Source: Nitrospirota bacterium (GTDB lineage Bacteria; Nitrospirota; Thermodesulfovibrionia; Thermodesulfovibrionales; JdFR-88). Taken from it: a DNA stretch of 64,000 bases. The stretch's first letter is position 1, and the number at the start of each line of letters is the position of its first letter. Where the stretch lies: contig JAKAHV010000011.1 of the NCBI GenBank assembly GCA_021825295.1, forward strand, positions 17,790 to 81,789, read 5' to 3'. The notes under the pieces were generated by a model that was given only the letters and a program-made list of their open reading frames with translations, ran no database searches and was not told the DNA's origin. The translations under genes were made by a program, and so were the position numbers. Shown one piece after another: positions 31,895 through 41,333 of the stretch.

Positions 31895-34102
31895 CTATTT
31901 TACCTTTGGCCTTAAATTTTTTCCAGAAACATCATGGGGACCGGATGCGGCAAAATCCCGGCCGGACTGCTCTATCCTGACCGATACGGGAAGATATGTC
32001 CCTTCGCCCCCCCTGGTAAATACCAGCCGGAATTTTCCGGCTCCTTGCGGCAGTTTTGAGTAAAAAACCGTTTTTTTGCCCTCCATGCGCGAAGGGTCGT
32101 AGCATGCAAAGGTATCAAGGGAGGCAAATTTTCCGTCCTGCAGCATGGCCCTGCAGTTCGGGCCGGGCAATCCGGAAGGATATGAGAAAATCACCTTCAC
32201 ATATCTTCCACCGCCCGTTTCCCGGGGCACCCTGGGCAGGAAAGGCGTGCATATGTGGTCCCGCCTGTCGGAGGCATGAAAGAAGGGCCCATCCTTTTTC
32301 ATCTCTAATACGGGCGGGGCCGGTCTTTCAAGCAGCCTGCGCCACAGGTTTTCCCCGCCATAGAAATTCTTTTGCATATGGCTGTACAGGCCGGCGCCCG
32401 AATAGTCGAACAGGGTATAGGGAAACTTTTCCCCGGCAGGCGCCGCCCCATGAATTATCCTTACCACGGTCATGTCGTAGCGCACCTGTCCGCTTTTTAT
32501 CTGCGTGCTCGAAATGCACCTTGCTTCAAGCCCAAGCCCCGCGAGGACCCGCGAGGCCTGCCCGCATGAGTTCCCGTCCGGGGTGAGCACCGCTATCTCG
32601 TTAAGGGACGATATCGGCATCCGATTCATGCACCTGCCGTCCCCGGTGCCAGGGAAGTTCTCGTTGACCATGCGGTACTCCCAAAGATAAGTGGCGCACA
32701 GAGACCTGGCCGGCGGAAGGGCATGCCAGTTATACCAGAAGGAAAGCCGCCCCTGGGTCCTCATGTCCATTTCCCCCACCTTCCGCACTCCTTTAACGAG
32801 GGCGGTAAAATAGTCCACCCTCGACTCGAAAGGCTCCCCTTTAACAAGCCTGGAGTCGGCAAAAGTGTAATTGGCAAGACTGAAGAGAACTACGAAAACA
32901 GGAAGGGCGGGCCTCCATTTAAATACAAGCGCCATCCCTGAAAGCAGCATCAGCAACAAAATCGGATACGACTTGCCAAACCCGGTCCTCAACGGGATGC
33001 CAGAAATGGAAAAGGGGATGATAATCGCGGCCACCAGGAAGAGGCCGAGAAATAAGAATTGTTTATGGCTTAACCGGTCGAGGGACTGCTTTAGAAAGGC
33101 GCCCGCCGCCAGGAAAGCCGAAGGGATGAGGAAAGAGGCATGGTAAAAGTATTCAAAGGGGCATGTGCCCTTCCATAGCTGGAAAGCGAGCATTATGGCC
33201 GCCGAGAAAAGAAAATGCAGTTCAAGATAAAGCGCATTCCGGTCTTTGTCCCGTCCGAGCACGATGGACAAAAGACTTGTAAGCAGGAGGACCGACGGGA
33301 TGAACAGCCACACGGCACTGTACAGCCATAAATGATAGTCGGTTTTCCAGGGGTTTAGTTTTGCGATGTTGCCGGTGGCGAAATTTATCGATGGCATGAA
33401 GAATAAAAAACCCTGGCCCATCAGCATTTTTACCAGGCCGAAGGCGGCCGTAATGGCCGCCGCCCCCGCCGCAAAAAGAAGGGCCTGCCGCCATATAGGG
33501 TTTTTTGCCCCCTTGCGGTCCATGAGGATGTAATAGAGAAAAAGCGCGGGTGCAAGCTGCACTATGAACAGCTCCGTATGGACCATGCAGGCAAATGATA
33601 CGCCGGCCAGGAAAATGGGGAGTTTCCCCCTGGACCCGGATGCATGGGTGAGGGCCAGCATCGACATGAGATACCATGCTATTGCCGCTCCGTCCACGTA
33701 ATCCCAGCTATTGGCAAACAAAAAATATGAATACCCGCCCATCAGGACGGCGGCGAAAAGGCCGGCCCGCTCGCCGAGAGTCCGCCTGGCGATAAACCAG
33801 GCCGACAGCAGCCCCGCGTATGCGAATGCCAGATGGAGGGTTATCTCCGCCGCAACCGGCGGCAGGAGACTGAAGAGGACAACCCCTGGAAGGAGAAAGC
33901 CGAGCCTGGTGCCGTAGTATGTGCCAGCGAATATGCGAGAGTGGTTCCTGAAATCGAGGAGATAACCCGTATACACATAAGGGTCTACCAGTGTGGTGGA
34001 TGGATCAATCAGTATCCACCTGGGGTTTGCGGCCAACAGCAGCAAGGGCAGTGCGAGGACCATTGCCAGGTTGAGGTTTCCGGAGGATTCCGCCCGTTTC
34101 AT
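31895..34102 (-). CDS. Large polytopic membrane protein with a ~250-aa C-terminal soluble domain (possible GT-C-type transferase)
   Basis: About a dozen hydrophobic segments fill the first ~480 aa, followed by a non-hydrophobic tail. ATG 34102 overlaps the upstream stop (ATGA, 34099-34102). I do not recognise the family with confidence. Confidence 0.6.
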   Translation of the reverse strand: MKRAESSGNLNLAMVLALPLLLLAANPRWILIDPSTTLVDPYVYTGYLLDFRNHSRIFAGTYYGTRLGFLLPGVVLFSLLPPVAAEITLHLAFAYAGLLSAWFIARRTLGERAGLFAAVLMGGYSYFLFANSWDYVDGAAIAWYLMSMLALTHASGSRGKLPIFLAGVSFACMVHTELFIVQLAPALFLYYILMDRKGAKNPIWRQALLFAAGAAAITAAFGLVKMLMGQGFLFFMPSINFATGNIAKLNPWKTDYHLWLYSAVWLFIPSVLLLTSLLSIVLGRDKDRNALYLELHFLFSAAIMLAFQLWKGTCPFEYFYHASFLIPSAFLAAGAFLKQSLDRLSHKQFLFLGLFLVAAIIIPFSISGIPLRTGFGKSYPILLLMLLSGMALVFKWRPALPVFVVLFSLANYTFADSRLVKGEPFESRVDYFTALVKGVRKVGEMDMRTQGRLSFWYNWHALPPARSLCATYLWEYRMVNENFPGTGDGRCMNRMPISSLNEIAVLTPDGNSCGQASRVLAGLGLEARCISSTQIKSGQVRYDMTVVRIIHGAAPAGEKFPYTLFDYSGAGLYSHMQKNFYGGENLWRRLLERPAPPVLEMKKDGPFFHASDRRDHICTPFLPRVPRETGGGRYVKVIFSYPSGLPGPNCRAMLQDGKFASLDTFACYDPSRMEGKKTVFYSKLPQGAGKFRLVFTRGGEGTYLPVSVRIEQSGRDFAASGPHDVSGKNLRPKVK

Positions 34103-34953
34103 TTCTTCTTCATCACCGCAAATATTGTGGGAGCCAGAGGCAGAAAGGCCTGACGGTTTACAAAAGGGAAATCCAGGTATTTGACCGGGAAAAGCAGGAA
34201 ACAAAACAGCAGGTAAACGAGGTTCTTCGTCCGGCCATTGCCAAACGAAAAAATTATCGAGAAAAACTCTATGAGGACCAGAAGCATCAGGCTCACGGGG
34301 CCCGCGGTGTTCCGCAGGTCCAGGATTTCAAAACCCTCGAACAGCGCCTCTATGCCTTTATGCGTGAACCTCTGGTAATCGTGGGGAGAGGCATGAAACG
34401 GGAAAAGAAACGGCACCATGTGGAATCCGAGGCCTCCCGGCTTCGTCCGGACAGATATCTCCGCGGCCACCCTCTCCGGTCTCGGCACATGCTCCAGCAC
34501 TCCCCGTGATACGAAGACATCCACGCTGCCCTCCCTGAATGGGAGCGCATCGATGTCGCAGACTATGTCCACGGCATCGTAATCAAAAAGGTCCACGCAG
34601 ATCACGCTCTCGCCCATCCTGACGTTGCCGCTTCCAAGGTCCACGACGGTCTGCTCCGACATGCCTGCCGTCCCGAACAGTTGTTTTTTGAAATCAAACG
34701 GGAATACAGGCGCGAATACCTTTTTCCCTATCGAATAGTAATACTTGCCAAGGGCTCCCCGGAGGCGCTCCTTGAGCAGATCCAGGCTGTCGGTATGGCT
34801 GGGCACGCTGGCAAAATAGATCTTGCCGTTGCGGATATCATACTCTCTGGCGCACTGCCGGCACGAAGCCTTCCCGGTTTCAAATACCAGCCCCCCGCGG
34901 CAGGCCGGGCATTCCAACTTATCCTTTACAGACTCAAGCCGCGCAGGGAGCAT
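34099..34953 (-). CDS. Class I SAM methyltransferase with an N-terminal Trm112-like zinc ribbon
   Basis: CPACRGGL...CRQCAREY followed by VVDLGSGNVRMG. Confidence 0.75.
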   Translation of the reverse strand: MLPARLESVKDKLECPACRGGLVFETGKASCRQCAREYDIRNGKIYFASVPSHTDSLDLLKERLRGALGKYYYSIGKKVFAPVFPFDFKKQLFGTAGMSEQTVVDLGSGNVRMGESVICVDLFDYDAVDIVCDIDALPFREGSVDVFVSRGVLEHVPRPERVAAEISVRTKPGGLGFHMVPFLFPFHASPHDYQRFTHKGIEALFEGFEILDLRNTAGPVSLMLLVLIEFFSIIFSFGNGRTKNLVYLLFCFLLFPVKYLDFPFVNRQAFLPLAPTIFAVMKKK

Positions 34954-35027
34954 CCGTATGGGGACCCCGCTTGGCGAATTGTTTTGGGATGTGCATTGCA
35001 GGGAGCGGCCCTACCCTTTTTGGCCCC

Positions 35028-36365
35028 CTATTTCCCGTTATTGTACCGCCCCAGGGCCAGATAGTTTATCCCTTCCCCGAACTTGGCGCCGTCCAGCAGC
35101 CTCCAGCAGTCTACAATGGTCGTGGGATTATGGGCGATGTAGCTGCCGTCTATCGCCTTGAACTCCTCGCAAGGGGTAGTCAGCACGCAGACTGTGGCGC
35201 TCTGGAAACAATCCCTTGCGGAGGATGCGTAGAGTATCCTGTCGCCGAAATGCGCCCTGGCTGTGTCCGTTGCGATGGGGTCGTACGCAATCACCTCAAG
35301 GTTTTTTTCCAGTAGCCCCTCGATCAGCCTTATTGCGGCGGACTCCTCTATGACCGGGGTGTTTGGTTTATAGGCAAGTCCCAGCACCCCCACGACGCTG
35401 CCGTCCGCCTCCGGGACGTGCCCCATAATCATGTCTACCAGCAGGTCCGTCTGCGTCCTGTTGATTTCGTCCGTGGCCATGGCCAGCCTTGCCTCCACGC
35501 CGTGCTCCCTCGCAAAGGCCGCAAACGCCCTGTTGTCCCTCGGGAAGCATGGCCCCCCGAAGCTGAGCCCCCCCTTCAGATAGTGGGGCGATATCCTTTT
35601 GTCCGCCCCGAGGGCCGCGGTTATATGGTCGATATCCGCCCCGGGCATGCGCCTGCAGATATTGGCCAGCGTATTGGCGAAGCTTATCTTCATCGTCACG
35701 AACGAATTCAGGCTTATCTTTGTGACCTCCGCGCTTATGATGGACATCTTGGCCATGCGCGGCCTGTTTTCGCATACCACACTGTAAATCCCCTCAAGCG
35801 TTTCGCATACGGACGGGTCGCTGCCGCCGATAAGGACCATGTCCGGGTTCAGGAAATCGGTAATCACGCTGCCAAGGGCTATGAACTCCGGGTTGTATGA
35901 AACGCCGAAATCCCTGTTCAGCTTCCTGCCGGAGACTGACTCTATAAGCGGTATGAGGGTCTTCTCCGTTGTGCCCGGAGAAACAGTGGACGTTATCACG
36001 AAGATGTGATATTCCTTGTCCAGTTTTCCCAGCGCCCCCGCGAGATGGGTGAGGGCGTCCTTGAGATATTTGTCCGAGAAATGGCCGTCTGTCCTGCTTG
36101 GGGTGGGAACGATCAGGAAGGTGATATCGGAGACCCTCATGGCCTCCTCGTAATCCCTGGTCGCCCTGAGCCGGCCCTGGGAAAGGTTGATCATCTCCTG
36201 GAGCCTGGGCTCGCGGACGGGCGCCTCGCCCCTGTTTATCGCATCCACGAAATCGCGGTTGATGTCCACCCCGGTAACCTGAAACCCCTTTGCCGCAAAA
36301 CACGCGGCAGAGCACGCGCCGAGCTTGCCTAACCCCACAACGGAAAGCGCGGGTCCTGACCCCAT
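35028..36365 (-). CDS. UDP-glucose/GDP-mannose dehydrogenase-family nucleotide-sugar dehydrogenase
   Basis: LSVVGLGKLGACSAACFA and the catalytic Cys region GGPCFPRDN. The SD GGAGGG lies within the end of nadE, 3 nt from its stop. Confidence 0.85.
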   Translation of the reverse strand: MGSGPALSVVGLGKLGACSAACFAAKGFQVTGVDINRDFVDAINRGEAPVREPRLQEMINLSQGRLRATRDYEEAMRVSDITFLIVPTPSRTDGHFSDKYLKDALTHLAGALGKLDKEYHIFVITSTVSPGTTEKTLIPLIESVSGRKLNRDFGVSYNPEFIALGSVITDFLNPDMVLIGGSDPSVCETLEGIYSVVCENRPRMAKMSIISAEVTKISLNSFVTMKISFANTLANICRRMPGADIDHITAALGADKRISPHYLKGGLSFGGPCFPRDNRAFAAFAREHGVEARLAMATDEINRTQTDLLVDMIMGHVPEADGSVVGVLGLAYKPNTPVIEESAAIRLIEGLLEKNLEVIAYDPIATDTARAHFGDRILYASSARDCFQSATVCVLTTPCEEFKAIDGSYIAHNPTTIVDCWRLLDGAKFGEGINYLALGRYNNGK

Positions 36366-36368
36366 GGT

Positions 36369-38051
36369 TCACCCTCCATATCTGAATTTTCCATTATTTG
36401 TCATCTTCAGGACGCTTAAATCGCAGGCGATGGGCATTCTCCAGCCGGTGCCAAACGCCCTGTCGGTTATCTTTATGCCGGGGGCCGCCTGCTTTCTCTT
36501 GAATTCGGACTTCCTTACAAGGTCCAGAACCCGCCCGACCGTCTTTTTATCAAACCCGGCCGCCATGATCTCCGGGGCCGACAGGTGCCTCTCTATATGC
36601 AAATGGAGCACCTGGTCCAGTATGTCATAGGGAGGCAGACTGTCCTGGTCGGTCTGGTCCGGCCTCAGCTCCGCCGAAGGCGCCTTGTCTATTACGGCCT
36701 GCGGGATTATCCCGCCTCTATTGGCGTTAAGCCACCTGGATATCCTGTATACCATCGTCTTTGGCAGGTCCGATATCACCGCAAGCCCGCCGGACATGTC
36801 GCCGTATATGGTGCAGTAACCCACTGCAAGCTCTGATTTGTTCCCGGTGGTAAGCAGTAGTGCGCCGCGCTTGTTCGAAAGGGCCATGAGGAGGTTTCCC
36901 CTTATGCGGGACTGAATATTTTCCTCGGTTATGTCCCTGGGGGCGTCCGCGAAGGGGGCCTTCAGCGCGGCATTGAAGGCGTCCATCAGGCCGCTGATGG
37001 GCACCGTTATCGTCCCGATTCCGATGTTGCGCGCAAGCTGCAGGGAATCATCCACGCTGCCCGCGCTGGAATACGGAGAGGGCATGAGCACGCCAAGCAC
37101 GTTGCCGGGCCCGACCGCCTCGGCTGCGACCACGGCGGTAAGGGCGGAATCTATCCCGCCGGAGAGGCCAAGGATCGCCCCGCGGGAAAAACCGCATTTC
37201 CGGATATAGTCCCTGGTGCCCATGACGAGGGCGCCGAAGGCCTCTTCCTCGGGCTCCGTCTCATATTCAGGCAGTGGTGCGGGAAGGTTTTCGGGATCGA
37301 CCAGTATGATGTCCTCTGAAAACGCCCTGCCCCTGGCGACGATTTCGCCCGGCCCGGAGCACACAATGCTCCTTCCGTCGAAGACCAGGTCGTCGTTGCC
37401 GCCTACCTGGTTTACGTAGAGCACCGGCGCGTGGAACCTCCTGGCAACGCCCCTGATCAGGGCCTCGCGCACGGCCTGCTTCCCTATGGTGAAGGGGGAC
37501 CCGGAGAGGTTCAGTATGCAGTCCGTCTTTTCTTCCGCGAATATCCTGAGCGGGTCCCTGTTGTAGAGACGATGGGATTCATCGGTCCCGTTCCATATGT
37601 CTTCGCATATCGTGACTCCCAGGCGAAGCCCGTCCAGAGAGAAGCTGGACGCTCCGCGCGCCGGCTCGAAATACCGGTCCTCGTCAAAAACATCATAGGT
37701 GGGCAGCAGGCATTTATAGAAGCTGGCTGTGATCTTTCCGCCCCTGGCCAGCACCGCGGCGTTGTAAAGCGGCTTTCCAACCCCGGATTTATTCGGAACG
37801 GCCATGCCAAAAAGCACGGGTGGGCAGTCGGCAAGGTCCTCGGCCAGCCTGTCCGCCACGGCCAGGCCCCTTTCGATGAAGGTCTTGTTCAAAAGCAGGT
37901 CCTTTGGCGGATAACCGGGCAGATAGAGCTCGGGGGCCACGCAGAGCCCGGCGCCCATGGACTTCGCCTTTTTGACGTACTCAATCAGCCTGCCGGCGTT
38001 GCCGGCAATATCTCCCACCGTGGGATTGAGCTGCAAGAGGGCTATCTTCAA
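36369..38051 (-). CDS. nadE: Glutamine-dependent NAD+ synthetase (CN-hydrolase + NAD synthase domains)
   Basis: CN-hydrolase LCVAPELYLPGYP and ICEDIW. PP-loop GLSGGIDSAL. TTG start with GGAGGAGG upstream. Confidence 0.85.
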   Translation of the reverse strand: MKIALLQLNPTVGDIAGNAGRLIEYVKKAKSMGAGLCVAPELYLPGYPPKDLLLNKTFIERGLAVADRLAEDLADCPPVLFGMAVPNKSGVGKPLYNAAVLARGGKITASFYKCLLPTYDVFDEDRYFEPARGASSFSLDGLRLGVTICEDIWNGTDESHRLYNRDPLRIFAEEKTDCILNLSGSPFTIGKQAVREALIRGVARRFHAPVLYVNQVGGNDDLVFDGRSIVCSGPGEIVARGRAFSEDIILVDPENLPAPLPEYETEPEEEAFGALVMGTRDYIRKCGFSRGAILGLSGGIDSALTAVVAAEAVGPGNVLGVLMPSPYSSAGSVDDSLQLARNIGIGTITVPISGLMDAFNAALKAPFADAPRDITEENIQSRIRGNLLMALSNKRGALLLTTGNKSELAVGYCTIYGDMSGGLAVISDLPKTMVYRISRWLNANRGGIIPQAVIDKAPSAELRPDQTDQDSLPPYDILDQVLHLHIERHLSAPEIMAAGFDKKTVGRVLDLVRKSEFKRKQAAPGIKITDRAFGTGWRMPIACDLSVLKMTNNGKFRYGG

Positions 38052-38206
38052 ATCAAATGGCCTCCTCCCATGCCAAAAGAAAACGCGGCCAAAGCTTTTT
38101 TTATTTCGCCGCCCGATGACCCCGTATGGGCGACGCTCCGGGATTAAAGTGTAAACTATCGCCTTTTATCCTGTCAAAGACAGGGCCCTCCAACCCCCGT
38201 GCAACA

Positions 38207-38236
38207 TTGACAATCTTGCCCGCTGACGTGTATAGT
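38207..38236 (+). promoter_or_regulatory. Candidate sigma-70 promoter
   Basis: TTGACA (38207-38212), an 18-nt spacer, TATAGT (38231-38236). It lies ~110 nt upstream of the epimerase gene. Confidence 0.45.
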
Positions 38237-38347
38237 GCATCGTTTAACCAATAAACCGGGGTAGCAGGCAATAGTAAATATTGCCCGCAGGTAGACGCTT
38301 GCCGCGGGTCTTCAATCCCAAAAATTGTTTAAGGAGGGTTTAAAACC

Positions 38348-39325
38348 TTGCAAGGTCAGAAAAGGGCATTGGTTTGCGGCGCGGGGGGATTCATAGGCAG
38401 CCACCTGGTAAACAGGCTGAAAGGGGAAGGTTTTTGGGTAAGAGGGGTTGATCTGAAGTACCCGGAGTTTTCCGGCACCACCGCGGATGATTTCGTCATC
38501 GGGGACCTCAGGGACCCCCATGTATGCAGGGACGTCGTCGACAGGCGTTTTGACGAGGTGTACCAACTGGCCGCCGACATGGGAGGGGCCGGGTTTGTCT
38601 TCACCGGTGAAAACGACTCGGCCATAATGCACAACTCGGCCTCGATCAACTTAAACGTGCTTGAGGCCTGCCGCGGCAGGAACACCAGGAGGATATTCTA
38701 CTCCTCATCGGCATGCATATATCCGTTGTACAACCAGTTGGATCCGGACAATCCGAAATGCTCCGAGGACTCCGCGTATCCCGCCGCCCCGGACAGCGAT
38801 TACGGATGGGAAAAACTCTTCAGCGAGAGGCTCTATCTGGCGTATCAGAGGAACAACGGGATGGAGGTCCACATCGCCCGCTACCATAATATCTTTGGCC
38901 CGGAGGGGACATGGACCGGCGGACGCGAAAAATCTCCCGCGGCCATGTGCCGCAAAGTGGCCCAGACCCCGGACGGCGGGGAGATAGAGGTCTGGGGCGA
39001 CGGCAAGCAGACACGCTCCTTTCTTTATATCGACGAGTGCCTGGAAGGCTCGACAAGGCTGATGCGGTCCGGCTTTTCGGGGCCGGTCAATATCGGCTCT
39101 GAAGAGATGGTCACCATCGATCAACTGGCCGGCCTGGCAATGTCCATTGCCGGCAAGAAACTCTCCATAAGGCACGTCCCGGGCCCCCTTGGCGTCAGGG
39201 GCAGGAATTCCGACAACAAAATGATATGGGAAAAACTGGGCTGGAGGCCTTCGCAGCCGCTAAGGAAAGGGCTGGAAATAACTTACCGCTGGATCGAGGA
39301 GCAACTGGCGCAGGCAAAAAAATAA
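38348..39325 (+). CDS. GDP-mannose 3,5-epimerase-like extended SDR
   Basis: ALVCGAGGFIGSHLV, QLAADMGGAGFV and SSSACIYP resemble the plant/bacterial GME pattern (NLAADMGGMGFI, SSACIYP). TTG start with AGGAGG upstream. Confidence 0.65.
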   Translation: MQGQKRALVCGAGGFIGSHLVNRLKGEGFWVRGVDLKYPEFSGTTADDFVIGDLRDPHVCRDVVDRRFDEVYQLAADMGGAGFVFTGENDSAIMHNSASINLNVLEACRGRNTRRIFYSSSACIYPLYNQLDPDNPKCSEDSAYPAAPDSDYGWEKLFSERLYLAYQRNNGMEVHIARYHNIFGPEGTWTGGREKSPAAMCRKVAQTPDGGEIEVWGDGKQTRSFLYIDECLEGSTRLMRSGFSGPVNIGSEEMVTIDQLAGLAMSIAGKKLSIRHVPGPLGVRGRNSDNKMIWEKLGWRPSQPLRKGLEITYRWIEEQLAQAKK

Positions 39326-39341
39326 AACGGTAAGGCGCCCA

Positions 39342-41195
39342 TCAGGCGCCGGCCGCCGGTAGACTTGCAGCGGGCAGGCCGTCCAGCGAGGAATATACCG
39401 TCAGGGACCCGCTGGAAAATACAGGCTTCATCTCTCCGATTATTCCGGCCGGCAAGGGGGGTGCGCCGTCACCTTCCGGGTCGGCCTCGATTATGGCCCA
39501 CATGATGTCCTCGTCATGAGGAATGGTTTCGGCATGGGGATAGACCAATCCCGGGAACATGATGCCCATCCAGGCCGGGGCCAGTATCTTGTTGCCCTTT
39601 TTAATATTTTGGGTAATAAATTCAACTATTTCATTCGACGCCTGGTTCGGGGACTCGGGCATCGAGGACGGCTCCGCGGCATCCAGCAGGTAGCCGTGCC
39701 TTATATGGGAGCTGAAGGGGGTGAGCACAACCCCGATGTGATGGGAAATCTCCCCCTCAAACCATGTATGCTGGGAGCTTATGAAGATGAACTTCCTGGG
39801 CTGATTAAAACCCTCGGAGAGCCGGTTTTCCTCATTATGAACGCACAGCAGAAAAGTCTCCTTGAGCAACGCCCTGAATTCCTCGGCCTCGGGCGAGGGT
39901 TTAACCATGGAGATGCCCCCGGGGATTTTAACGGTGGGGAAGTGCATCATTGCGGCATCGAAGATGTAATAGTCCGACTCCTGGATCACCCGGAGCCTGT
40001 CGGCCTTCCGGCCGTACTCCGGTTCCTGGTCCGAAAATGAGCCGTCGACCAGCAGGGAGCCCTTGTGGGATTTCATCCGGAGGAAGCGGCCCATCAGGGC
40101 GAGCAGCTCATGGTTTGCCCCGAAATACCCTATGTTTGCCCCCGGAGGGAAATTGCCCAGGTGGTTGCCCAGAAACGGAAAGACATGCGAGGTATCGTAT
40201 ATCTCGCCGTGGTTGAAGGAATCGGAGTTGAAGATATCGAAACTCACGTCTTCCTGCATTCCGGGCAGGAGCGCTTCAAGCGCCCTGTCGAACCGGGCCT
40301 CATCCTGCCAGAATTTTATCTCCTCTATCTCTTCCCCGGCGCAGCCCCAGTCGCTCTGCTCCGGTAGGAAAGGCGTTTCGACGCCCCAGACAAATCTTAC
40401 CGCGTCGTTTTCGGTCCTCGTGCGGGCCGTGTGCAGAAAAGTGGCCTGCCTCGTATGGTCGAGGTGATAGGAGAAGACCTCATCCAGAAGGGATGAGGTC
40501 TGGCCGTTCAGCAGGTATAGGCGCTTGCAGATATTCGAATCCACATGCCAGCCGAGGACCATGTCCTCGTTGAATCCGCCGATTGAAAAGAGCTGCTCCC
40601 TCAGCATGAGCTGGAAGTCTCCGGGGCCGTCGTATAGTATCTCCTTGCTGGCCTCCACGGCATCGTTCAGGTGCAGCCTTCGGCCCCAGAGCCTGAAGGC
40701 GGCCATGACCGGCTGGGGATCGGTCCTGCTCATGGACTCCCACAGCGTCTCCGGGACCTCGAACCGCGGGAGTTCGTAAAAGCCGTCGGGCAGGCCGGCG
40801 GCCACATCGGAGAGCGAGCGTGTTCCGTCCCTCACCAGGAAGATCATGTCCGTATTGGTCGAAAGCACCCAGCGGTTGGCGGGGTTGGAGCGCCTGAGGG
40901 CGATGTTCCTGGAAAGCGGCTCAAGCGCCTTAAGCGGCGATTTTTTTTTGTATTTGCGGTACATGGCCGGACGCAGCCGGAGGGTCCTCAGCAGCCTTTT
41001 GGTCTTTGCCGTCAGCAGGTCCTGCACGGCCTCCGGGAAGGTGGGGGCATCATCCGGGGTATTGCAGTCCACGAAGATGATCTCGTCGCCTGGGTGGGTG
41101 AGCGCCTCCGCAATGCAGTTTAGGCTCATGACCCCCCTTTTATGGAGGTTGTACCCGTAGGAGTCGTTTCGGCCGTATAAAATTATCGATATCAT
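39342..41195 (-). CDS. GT-A-fold glycosyltransferase-like N-terminal domain fused to an uncharacterised ~330-aa C-terminal region
   Basis: MISIILYGRNDSYGYN, IIFVDCNTPDD, STNTDMIFL and GDFQLMLREQLFSIGGFNEDM are GT2-like. I do not recognise the remainder. Confidence 0.55.
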   Translation of the reverse strand: MISIILYGRNDSYGYNLHKRGVMSLNCIAEALTHPGDEIIFVDCNTPDDAPTFPEAVQDLLTAKTKRLLRTLRLRPAMYRKYKKKSPLKALEPLSRNIALRRSNPANRWVLSTNTDMIFLVRDGTRSLSDVAAGLPDGFYELPRFEVPETLWESMSRTDPQPVMAAFRLWGRRLHLNDAVEASKEILYDGPGDFQLMLREQLFSIGGFNEDMVLGWHVDSNICKRLYLLNGQTSSLLDEVFSYHLDHTRQATFLHTARTRTENDAVRFVWGVETPFLPEQSDWGCAGEEIEEIKFWQDEARFDRALEALLPGMQEDVSFDIFNSDSFNHGEIYDTSHVFPFLGNHLGNFPPGANIGYFGANHELLALMGRFLRMKSHKGSLLVDGSFSDQEPEYGRKADRLRVIQESDYYIFDAAMMHFPTVKIPGGISMVKPSPEAEEFRALLKETFLLCVHNEENRLSEGFNQPRKFIFISSQHTWFEGEISHHIGVVLTPFSSHIRHGYLLDAAEPSSMPESPNQASNEIVEFITQNIKKGNKILAPAWMGIMFPGLVYPHAETIPHDEDIMWAIIEADPEGDGAPPLPAGIIGEMKPVFSSGSLTVYSSLDGLPAASLPAAGA

Positions 41196-41333
41196 GCCGT
41201 TTGTTTATTTCCCGGCAGTATGCCGAAAAACTTTAGGGTTTGCCATTTTAAATACAAGTCTATTGAGAAAATTGGATCCCCTCCTCCCAGGCGATGACGG
41301 CTTAAACAAGCGCATGACTTTTCCGGCAGACTG

